The translations under genes and the position numbers were made by a program. From NCBI GenBank assembly GCA_013265495.1, contig MU059523.1, positions 7,941,503 through 8,005,502 on the forward strand: a DNA stretch of 64,000 nucleotides, given 5' to 3'. This document shows positions 37,301-47,856 of this stretch, piece by piece. This DNA is from Vicugna vicugna (Eukaryota). Every line of letters starts with the position of its first letter. Positions within the stretch are counted from its first letter, which is position 1. Below the pieces are notes generated by a model. That model searched no databases. It was not told the DNA's origin and worked only from the letters and a program-made list of their open reading frames with translations.

Positions 37301-37989
37301 AAAGTGACAGTCTATCACTGTCACTGCCGATCTCTGTGGCCTAGGCATCTCTCAGGCTCCTCATTTGCCCAAGGGAATGAGATAATGGATTAGATCCTAC
37401 CTAATTCCAAATTTTATGGAAATGTTTCTGAATAATTTAGCTTTTAAAAAAATATGTCTGTTTTTCCATTTCCCTCCTAATGCATTTGGGAAATTGACAT
37501 TGAAAGTGACAAAGATTATATATTTTTGTAGTTACCTTAATCTAATGTGGAGTTATATATTTCAAATTACTTAGCACAATGCCTGACACATTAAACACAA
37601 GTTATCTGGAGAATCTGGATTTTATGAAATCCTAAGTGTCAGTTCTTGGGGGGGTGTGTGTGAATATGCATATACACATATGCGTATACAATGAGGGAAT
37701 TAGAATTTTCAGAGTCAAGGTTACTTTTAGTTTGTAAAAGCTTTCAAGATTATTTATTTCACTCTCACATTCCTGTGTCCAACCATAGCCACAAACCGAT
37801 TTAGAGTGAATTTCACTGGCATTGCATTAAGACTAACACTGACTCCAAAGAATATACAAATAGATCTTTCAGTTCTCCAGTGCTGATTCACTCGACATGA
37901 GCACTGATTCAAAAATACCTCAGTAACATCTTGCACGGGTATCTGCTGCTCTATATGACATCAGTCCAGTTGCTTTTGTTACCAACTAA

Positions 37990-38190
37990 TATCATGGCAC
38001 AGATTATGTTCCAAGTGTTGCTCTAAGCATTCTGTACGTGTTAAATCATCCACTACTCTAAACAAGCCTAATGAGGTAGAAATTACTATTATCATCCTGA
38101 TGTTACAGATTTGGAAACAGGGGCTTGGAGAAGATCAGAGACTTTCTCAAAACCCAACAGCATCTCAAGATCTGACTCTTAACACCCACA
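37990..38190 (-). mobile_element. MIR SINE
   Basis: ctaagcattctgtacgtgttaaatc...taatgaggtag...gttacagatttggaaacagggg. Confidence 0.65.
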
Positions 38191-40769
38191 CCCTTAAACA
38201 GTATCCTTCTGTCACATTTCAAAGAGCTTCCCAACCAGCCCCTGACACTTTCTACTTTTTCACTACCCATGAAAAAGGGTTGTAGTTAATTTTCATGCAC
38301 TAGAACATGAATCTTCACCAATATCACCTGCCTCCATTTTTTTAATGCTAAGGTCTTGTCCTTTTAATATCCTCAGTGATGATACTTCTGTGGACTCTAG
38401 AATAAGCTAGAAGACACTTTAGATACTCAAAAAGCTACTAAAAACAAGCAAGCTGGCAAAAAGGAGATGCTCCCACGAGTGCCATTCCAACAGAACCACA
38501 GACCTGGAAGGCTGCACACAGCGTCCATTTTAATAACTCATTTTACAGCTGATGATCCCAAGCCTTAAAACGTTAAACAAGTTGCCTGGGGACATGCAGT
38601 TGGATTGGGTCTTGTTGACAGAGATGGCACTGGTCCCTGGCGCTGTGGATGCTGAGCGCTCTGCCACATTATGTGGCTTCCTGATCCTCTTATAGTTTTG
38701 TTCCTAAAGATAGAATTTGATAATTTAATTTGCAATATTATGCGAGCGGAACAATCAAGCAATGAAATATGCTTGAGCTACTGAGACATAACCTTATAAA
38801 TTGCATATGGTGCACAGATCAGCAGGGGTTGCCACTGTACAGCGGTACAGTTTTAGCAATGTGGAACTTCAGACTTGAGGGGAGGGTCTAAATTTAAGAG
38901 TAAGTAAAACTTGGACACAGAATTAAAAGCCTCTGATATTGGCACACGTGGAAGGCCACATGGAAAAGGAGCAAGCTAGAGATAGAGTTGAAATGAGGAC
39001 ACAGTGAGAACCTAGCCATCTGTCTACCAGCAATTACATGCATAAACTAACCACAGGACACCACTGCCTCCAAATGAACTTGTTTAAAGAGTGGCTGTCC
39101 AAGATCATAAATACTGTGTTGGGAGCATTTATCAAATAAGATCTTAACAACGTTTTAAACTGAAATTCTACATTATGATAAAGAGCCTGGAATGCTTCAT
39201 TTGCATACCTCCTAACTCTTTTATAGGATAAAAATATGGCTTTGAGAATGTCATAGAATATTTAATTGCTTCCAAATGTATACCTAATGCTTCACAAGGT
39301 ACCACTTATTATTCCCACAGAAAGATGGTCTTCCTTCGCCTCACCCCACTCTGGGCTAATAGTATAGAATAGAAAAAGTGGGAGGAAAAAAGATAATATT
39401 AAAAATAAAATTTGAACCCAAGCTCTTTCCATGACTTGCTGTCCTTTTACACTGTGTTGAAGTGTGCCTACTCAAAGTCTTTTCCCCCACTTTCTTTCCT
39501 AGACTCCACAAATACAATGAAGTATAATAATGATCCTTAAAGAAGGTGTCACAACAGAATAATAGCTTGCACAACTTTAATCCAAAGAACTGGGAGTACT
39601 TTACTAATGTTAGCTCACTCATCACACCCGCCTGTGACGGGGATGAACAGATCTGCCGAAGTGGGGCAAGAAGACCTTAGTCAGCGATGTGGTACTGCGG
39701 CTCTCAAAGCCAAATGTGAAGCTGAAGAGCAAAAAAAAAAACCAAAACAAAAACAAAATAAAACAACCAATAACACCCCCCAAAAGAAAAGCCAACATCA
39801 ACAAAATAAAAACAAAAAACTCAGAAAACAAAAGCTCAGAAGGAATCTTGCTGCTCTATTCAGCACCAAATGAAGTATTACCAAAATACTAAGTCTAATG
39901 ATGTGGTTCACATTTATGATTTTTGTTAAGAAATTGGAGGAGAAACAAAGAAGGGCAGATACTACAATTAAATGTTTGAAAAATTGAAAATAAATATAAA
40001 TAGAGATCATTTATTAAAACCTTGATAACTGACTTCATGATGTAAAATATTATTTAATTAAAAATGATTTCAAATTTAGATTCAATGCCACAAATATTTA
40101 TTCCATTAAAAAGATCTATCAGGGAATGTGCTAAAGATGAAGATGCAAATAAAAACATAAAATGATCAGTATAGTAGGAATCTTTTAGTCCCGTAATTTC
40201 TGTGTACTTTTTATATAAATGTTGCAAATAAACAGAAGAAAATTAGAGATGGAGAGAAAATAAGGAAAATAGTGTAAATAACACATGAAGGAAAAAAGTC
40301 TTAAAAGTATAACCTTAATTTAGTTTAAGTAGGCCTTCACTGAAATATAGATTCTTCTTTTCGTAACGTTTAAAACATATCATCATTGTATCCATCAGAA
40401 TGCTTGGAGATGTTTCATTTAACACATTGTTAGTGTTCTTTGGTTAACTCACTCTTAACAATATTTCATTTCTATATTTCTATTTAGCCATTATTTCAAC
40501 GGTCATATCCTAGACCTAGTTATCAGTAGCTTAGCCGACTTCAAAGCTGCCATTCAGATCACCACTTCTTGGATTTCCAACTCAATTTATTCTATTGCTC
40601 TAACTCAAGTAATTTTTTTTCTATCCCACAAGTCCATCCAGTTCATTAACGCCAGTTCTTTTTTTCTCCTCTCTGTTTACCACCTTCCCACGTGAACTAA
40701 GTTAGGGTGCCTGGCCTATCACTAAGATGACTTATAAGTACATCATGTTCTATGTATGTCACTAGTTCT

Positions 40770-41220
40770 TTTTCTGGATACAAAATAGAGCTCAGCTTCT
40801 ATAACCCTTCCCATCTCTCCCTTTGCTCTGTCAGGAGTGATATTTTTTGTTCCTGGAATCTACCACCTCTGTTCCCACTTCAGGAAATTTGCTGTTGCTA
40901 TTCTCCATGCCTTTCCTGCAGAAATTAAATGGCTAGTTATCTCTTTTTATTAAGGTCTCTTCTCTACTCAACTCTTCTTTCATTAACTTGTTTTATAATT
41001 TTTTTCATGGCATCTATTACTTGAAATTATTTCATGCATTCATTTATTTTTTTTTGCATGTTGGGTATCTCCCCAATAGTATATAATATCCATGAGTTCT
41101 AAGGTTTTACCTTATTTGCTACTCTATGACAAATACCTAGAATTCTGCCTGGAACACTGAAGATTTTCAATATCTATATGGGAAGGAAAAAAGGATTGAA
41201 GGAGTGAAGGAAGAAAGAAA
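40770..41220 (+). mobile_element. L2 3' fragment
   Basis: tgttcctggaatctaccacctctgttcccacttcagg...acctagaattctgcctggaacactg. Confidence 0.65.
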
Positions 41221-41424
41221 GGAAGGAAATCGGTATCATTTGCTACATTTATGAGATAAATTAACTCTTAGGGATATTTGAGGATTAGCATGAAATAAAG
41301 ATTTTTTGAAAGACTGGAAAATATCTACGAATATAAAAATAGAGAAAGATAACACTCCTTTATACTATGCTAGATACAATAACCTTGTAAATTCCTTTCA
41401 GCCCCTTTTCACAGCAATCTGGAT

Positions 41425-41635
41425 CTGTTTTATCCAATATGGTAGGCACTAGCCACAGGTGGTTATTTATATTTAATCTAAATTAATTACAATAAATGAA
41501 ATTAATCATTTAATTCCCCAGTCACACTAGCTTCAAATGCTCAATAGCTGCATATGGCTCCTGGTTAGTTTTTGAACAGTATTAAGTAGATACTGTTTTC
41601 ATCACCACAGAAAGTTCTACTGGATAGCCTTGCTC
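41425..41635. mobile_element. MER3 hAT-Charlie MITE
   Basis: tccaatatggtaggcactagccacaggtgg...cccagtcacactagc...catcaccacagaaagttctactggatagc. Confidence 0.85.
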
Positions 41636-43814
41636 CAGATTACATTGTTAAATTCTAGAACTATATTATCCTTAATAGAGTGAGATCTATTTAAAATTAC
41701 ATAGAAAGTAATTTAAATATTAACACTGAACTTCTCAGAAACAGGTAATTCTTGTGTTTCATTTAGTTTAGCTTATAATTTATCATTATTATTTGTATTG
41801 ATTTCCAATCTTGAGATAAAGAGAATGAATTGAATCCAGTATAATACAAAAGTGAATGGGATGCTTGACTGCTTTTCTTTTTTGAGGCTGGAGAAAAAGC
41901 AGAAGAAGAGATAGAGATAAAGAATAGAAACATCCACCATCCATTCATCCATTCACTCACTGTACAAGTTCTCACTGACTCTGTGTGACAGTTCAAGCAT
42001 TGTTCCTTGGTGTTGCAGGTTTAAACTGGAAAAAAAATCACAGTATCTAAACTTAGAAAATTCATAATCCAATATGGAAGATTGATGTATAAAATAATAA
42101 TGAAAACAGTTCAATATTAGGTTAAGGTTAAAGTACTATGAAAACAGAAAGAAAAAAATTGCCTGGGGGAGATTAAAAAATAATACTTGAGTGGTGTCAT
42201 AAAAACATGAGAAGCAATGTGTCAGCCTGAAGAATGAAGGGGGTTGTTTTTATTTTAGTTTTAGTTTTTTTTAAACCAAAGGGATCATTCTTTGCAAAGG
42301 CAACGTTTGCTTGCTTATATAAGAACTAGTAGTTTTAGGGGGTTGGGTTAAGGGTGTCAGAAGGGAAAGACATGTACTGAGATTAGGAAAATAGGTTTGG
42401 CCAGACTGTAGAGGGTTTGGTAGACGTTCTTAAAGAATTTGGGTATTATTCTTCTTTGTATAAAAGGCAAGGGACACAATCAGATAAACTTTCCTGAATG
42501 AGGAATAGCTACAGAGTGGATGAAAGCACAAAGAGCAGGGGGCTGGAGCCTCCCCTTCTGGGAGTGCTGGGACACAGGCATGAATGGAAAGGTTGGGCTT
42601 CAAAATAAAAGGCCCACTGGTTCCTCTCAAATCACCAATGCAGATCTCCTCCAAGGAGAACCCTTAAAGAAAACATCAATCCAGGAGATAGCTTTTACTT
42701 AGACTATCCTTATTGGGTGATGTATTTAACCTGTGTTTCCTCCAGTTAGCTTGATAGAAAGCCCTACTTCTTTCTACCCTCTGAGCTATGCAAAATGAGG
42801 GAAAAAATCTTCCATCTGTTCTTTATTACCAGAAATTCCCTTAATAGCATATACAGAGTTTATTGTTGCAAAAGTTGAATAACACAAGTAAAATGTGAGT
42901 ACTAAAGAGTATTGGTAATCAAATTTTCACAATTTATGTTTTCAAAAGAAGGAGAAAGAACATTTAAAAATATTCAAAACAATTTTATATTCTAAGGTGA
43001 GTCATAACCTGCCAGATTTGTTTTGGCTTGCCATAGAACTTCATACCTTTCACGAAAATAATTTTAGAAATGTACAATGGACTAGAGGTAGAGTAAACTG
43101 TAAGCTACAGATTGGCAGATGCTCCATTCCTTTTACAAATAAAGAATAGTCACCATGATGGAATTGTCTGTGGTTTTTCAAACCTGTGGCTTGGTTTAAA
43201 ACTTAAAAATACCAGATGATTGTAATCTGGCCAGATGCATTTTGGCCATAAAACTCTTAAATAGGCACTTTAACTATATAAAGTATCTGGCAGTCTCCTT
43301 GAGGTTGTCAAAATGTTAGACATGATTAAGCAGCGTTTAATACCAAATGATTTACAATGACAACAACTGTGGGAAGTATTTTCTTTCTGCTAAGTTTATT
43401 TCACATCATTATACTATAAGAAGAATTTATGGGATTTGGAAAGAAGCAAAGTCAAGAGACTGAATCAATTAGAACACTTTGGTGTGGAAAGACAACCTCT
43501 AATAGATCAGTGGATAGAAATAATAACAATGAAACATTATATCAGAAAAAAATAAAAGCTTGTCTTTAAAATCATGAACTACTGAATGCAAAGATACACT
43601 GAAATTTTAATGAAGTATATGAACAGCAGTTTAACTTAGTGGATAATATGTTAATGGCATGATTACTTTAATAGGAGAGTCAGGTAGAACATATTGATTA
43701 CAAAATGGTTTAACAAATGCATGTATAAAAGGGCCATGGATGGCTCTGAAGGGAGGCTAAGGTGTACTAATGTTTGAAGCTGACATCCTAGAGGATCATC
43801 ATACCCTCTCTTAG

Positions 43815-44000
43815 GAAGCAGTGAGGAACAGTGGAGAAAACACAGGCTTTGGGGTCAGATTCATAGCTGAGTTTGAAACCTAGCTTTGTTCTTTTCAGGT
43901 ACATGGCCTTTGCCAGATTGTTTAACTTCTCTGAGGCCCATCTCTCTCATACGTAAAAAGAGAATTATAAAAATTTTCCTCATAGAAGGAATCAAGGAGA
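43815..44000 (+). mobile_element. MIR SINE
   Basis: cagtggagaaaacacaggctttggggtcaga...tttaacttctctgaggccc...gtaaaaagaga. Confidence 0.7.
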
Positions 44001-44214
44001 TTAGGAACTTCTTTTTCTGCAAGGGAGACCCCTACTTCTTTAGCACCCAAAACTCACTGCCTCACCATTTACCTGGGCTGAGCCATGAGGACCAATCTCG
44101 TTAGTTATCTTAGCCCCACTGTCCATCACTCTCAGTAGGAAGCCTGGGACTCTTAGGTAATCCCACATGCCCGAATGCTAATCTCCAGCTGGCAAGGAAG
44201 GGCAAGGAGGTGTT

Positions 44215-44440
44215 TCTTATTTCTTCTCTGCTTCAGTTTTCCTTGAAGCATTTATCACCATCTGATACTGTGGCTTAATATTTCAGTAATTTCCAGATTT
44301 CTTTATTACATTTCTTCTTTCTAAAATATAACATAAAAAAGCTCCATGGCTGTGGATAATTTTGTCTATTTTGCTCAATGCTGTATAACTAGTACCTATA
44401 AACCTGCCTAATACACAGCAGGCACTTAGATAATGTTCAT
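44215..44440 (+). mobile_element. L2 3' fragment
   Basis: gctccatggctgtggataattttgtctattttgctcaatgctgtata...cctaatacacagcaggcactt. Confidence 0.6.
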
Positions 44441-44558
44441 TTTCTTTTATTCTGTCTCCTAGAACATTACTTGAAACTCTGTTGGTGAGAACACTGAATA
44501 CAATGATGCATGAGTTAATATAACACACTCTCTCTCCCACCTGCACATAAAAAGGGGG

Positions 44559-44699
44559 NNNNNNNNNNNNNNNNNNNNNNNNNNNNNNNNNNNNNNNNNN
44601 NNNNNNNNNNNNNNNNNNNNNNNNNNNNNNNNNNNNNNNNNNNNNNNNNNNNNNNNNNNNNNNNNNNNNNNNNNNNNNNNNNNNNNNNNNNNNNNNNNN
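44559..44699. other. N gap (141 nt)
   Basis: Run of n in the sequence. Confidence 1.
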
Positions 44700-45589
44700 A
44701 ATAAATCAAGTTAGGAAGTTATGCACAAAACACAGAACTCTGAATGTGAGCTTTCTTCGAAAGTCTCCTTATCTCACTATTTTGCTTGCCATTTAGTTGG
44801 AGTGTATTCTGTGCACTGATTACATTTACTTAATCCAGACACTTTAGAAGAATGGAAAGAGCATTCCTCAGTTGATCCCTGGCTCTTCTGCTTAAGAGTA
44901 CTATGAACTTGCCATGCTCAGCTTATGGGAATGTAAAATTAGTATGCTACAAAAGTTTACTCTATCAATTTCAAAATTTTCATATTAGACACTTAAAGAG
45001 GTATACATTATAAACCCTAACATGCTAAATAAGTACAACTTATTATTATTATCGGGTTCTAATAGCCTTTGTTTGTCTTCTTTGGTTTTTAAATTGAACA
45101 AATATCCACTGCACGTGTAAAAGAATTGAAAGTATGCTGACCTATTTTCTTCCATAAAATTCCCATCAAAGGACAGGTCCACTAATAGCCTGTTCAGGTC
45201 ACCATAGTGAAATTATGAGTGACACTAAAAAGCAGTGAATCCAAACAAAGTATTATTTTGTAGAATTTCTTACTGAAATGAGTTGGGTTGAATAAGTAGA
45301 TATTTGACTCAGGAATAAACTATAGAAGAAATATTTGTTAAATGGTTAAAATGGGAGATAACTTCACTGGTAATCTTATAAGGCTAAATTTAGAACTGAT
45401 CACGTATGTTTTAAGAAATTTAGAAGAAGAATGGAGAAGAATATGTATTTTATATAAAATTGCATTATGATTTTGATAACTATGTTTAGTAATTGAAGAC
45501 CATCTCATTCCTCTTTAAAAACAAACCTCATTTAATCTCATTATCTTTCTTATACATCACTTGCTATCAATACAATTATTGTATTGCTG

Positions 45590-46420
45590 TCAAACACAAT
45601 TCTGGACGATACTGTAATGGTGAATACAAGACAGCAAACATTTGTCAAAAACTGTAAAACTTTACAGCACAAAAATGGAAGTGTAAATCTGATGGTATGG
45701 AAATTAAAAAAGAAATAATTTAGGTAGTCATGAGTTCTCTGGATGGAATTCAGAATGTAACAAAAGAATGTAAGTGTATTACAGTTGTATGAAACCACCT
45801 CAGTGAAGGAGGTGGAGGAATAAGATGCTGACCTAAGCATCTTTGCAAATGAATGAAGAGGCAAAAGGAACTGTATGTAAGACTGTACTCTAGATGATAA
45901 AGTTATTTCTCATGGATGTATTGGTTAACAATTTTAAAACCACTGTAAATCTATACTAGAACTGAATAATTAAGTAAGTAAATGGATGATGGATTATGGG
46001 AACCAAATTTCTTCCTGTTGAGGGTGTACTACAGATAAACAAGGGAAAGAGGCTAGAATAATTTGTGTGGTAATGGATTAGAGTTGGAAATATCAGTATG
46101 TATTCATATTTAGCTTAATATGGATACATATGGCTACACATAGAAATATTTACAGACATGTGTATATATACAAGGTAGTATGTACATATGTTTCACTTTG
46201 CCTTGTCAGCTGAGAGGACCTGGAAGTAATGGTAATAGAAATGAGTCACCTAGTGTCCAGATCATGGTTTCTAAAACCAATCTCCAATCAAAGGAATCAG
46301 GGATCCTTGGAAAAATGGCTGATTCTAGGACTGAGTAAGGAAATGTGTAAGATGAGCTTAGAGCATCATGTAGTGCTAGAAAACAAGAAAAATCTCAAAA
46401 CAAAACAAAACACAAACCCA
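45590..46420 (+). mobile_element. L1MC-type 3' UTR fragment
   Basis: gatggaattcagaatgtaacaaaag...agatgctgacctaag...ggtaatggattagagttggaaatatcagtatg...aaaggaatcagggatccttggaaaaatggctgattctagg, with an A-rich end. Confidence 0.85.
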
Positions 46421-46557
46421 TAAACATTTTTCCCCAAACCACTTCCCCCCAAAGCTGGATTATACTTGTATTGCTTACTATCAGCTTTTATTTATTTCCA
46501 TCAGCTTTCAGTTTCTCTTTTTCCTTGTCAGAATTTTTAACAAAGGAAATTGCCACT

Positions 46558-47022
46558 TGTGATGGTTAATTTTATGTGTCAACTTGACACATGAGGTGCT
46601 CAAATTAAGCATCATCTGGGGGTATGTCCATGAGGGTGTTTCTGGGTGAGATTAGCATTTGAACCAGTGGACTCAGTCAAGTGGACTGTCCTTTCTAGTG
46701 TGTGCATCTTCAACCCACTGGGGGCCTAAATAGGAAAAAAAAAGAAGGCGGCAGAAGGAATTCATTCCTTTTCTCCTGTCTCACTGCTTGAGCTAACATC
46801 TCATCTTACTTTCTGCTCTCAGACATGATTTACACCGTTGGTTCTCAGGCTTTTGGAACCAGACAAATTAAACTACCAGCTTTCCTGTCCTTCAGTTTCA
46901 GAGGGCAGATCATAACACTTGTCAGCCTCCATAGTCACGTGAGTCAGTTTCTCATGATAAATCTCCTTCTGTGTATATATATCCCGCTGGTTCTGTTTCT
47001 CTAGAGAGCCCCGACTAATACA
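46558..47022 (+). mobile_element. Complete solo MLT2 (ERVL) LTR with 5-bp TSD
   Basis: Starts tgtgatggttaattttatgtgtcaacttgac and ends ctagagagccccgactaataca. Flanked by identical CCACT at 46553-46557 and 47023-47027. Confidence 0.93.
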
Positions 47023-47029
47023 CCACTCA

Positions 47030-47420
47030 GCTAGAAGCTACATTTCCCAGCCTTCATTATGCCTAGAGGTACTCTTGTGACTAAATTCTGGCCAATCAGA
47101 TGTGACATGGCAGTGATGTTGGCCATTCTGGGCACACATCTAAAAAGAAACTGCTCACTCTTCACTTCCTCTGTCCCCTCCTCCCTCTCCTGTGGCCCAA
47201 TTTGTGGAAGGGAACCAATGCCTTTTGTGAAAATGAGGAAACACTCTAGAGGATGCCAGACCAACAAAATAAATGAAATCTGGGTGCATGAAAACTGTGC
47301 TGAGGGGAGCCATCTGACCCTTCTGGGACATTTGTTGAGAGGAAAACATACTTTCCACTTGTTTAAGCCACTGTTATTTGGTTTCAGTTCAAGAAGGTGA
47401 AGGACTACTCTAACTAATAG
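47030..47420 (+). mobile_element. MLT1 (MLT1J/I-like) MaLR LTR, 3' part
   Basis: ctagaagctacatttcccag...gtgactaaattctggccaatcagatgtgac...gtttaagccactgttatttgg...ctaactaata. Confidence 0.7.
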
Positions 47421-47615
47421 GGTAATAAGTGCATGTGCCCTGAACGGGCGACCCTGAAATGTGAAAACATACCACATAGACTTTTTATCAGAATTCAAAT
47501 AAAAGCCCATATTCAAAACCAACAAACAACATCCTGACATCTCCAAATTTCTGATAAAGATACTTATCGCAGGTAAATTAAACTTCAGCTCAGTTGAAGT
47601 TTCTTTTTCACTCAC

Positions 47616-47856
47616 CTCCAAAGTAAGAGCCATCTGTCAGCTTCATTTCTTTACTGGATTTTGTGATGACACCANNNNNNNNNNNNNNNNNNNNNNNNNN
47701 NNNNNNNNNNNNNNNNNNNNNNNNNNNNNNNNNNNNNNNNNNNNNNNNNNNNNNNNNNNNNNNNNNNNNNNNNNNNNNNNNNNNNNNNNNNNNNNNNNNN
47801 NNNNNNNNNNNNNNNNNNNNNNCCACTAGTTTCCGACAGTTGAAGTTGACTATCTC
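47616..47856 (-). CDS. HCN1: HCN1 coding exon 6 (C-linker/CNBD), middle 148 nt are N
   Basis: Acceptor ccatctttag|GAG at 47856 gives EIVNFNCRKLV. After the gap GVITKSSKEMKLTDGSYFG(G), then donor GGAG|gtgag at 47616. 34+148+59 = 241 nt = 80 codons + 1. Confidence 0.97.
47675..47822. other. N gap (148 nt) inside HCN1 exon 6
   Basis: Run of n between codons for ...RKLV(A) and (A)GVITK. Confidence 1.

Larger units (their letters stand above)
16882..47615 (-). other. HCN1: HCN1 intron between exons 6 and 7 (30734 nt, GT-AG)
   Basis: Bounded by the GT donor at 47615 and AG acceptor at 16882. The spliced frame FG|G-EICLL is continuous. Confidence 0.95.

Noticed and set aside
39859-39867. TTCAGCACC, the left half of a REST/NRSF RE1 site
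   Set aside because: The right half (GGACAG) is absent (followed by aaatgaag), so it is a half-site expected by chance. The HCN1 NRSE I know of is reported in intron 1, outside this window.
47031-47633. 200-aa minus-strand ORF (MALTLEVSEK...)
   Set aside because: It starts out of frame inside exon 6, runs through the donor and then through MLT1 LTR sequence. No recognisable protein; in the true HCN1 frame, intron read-through stops after FGGE.
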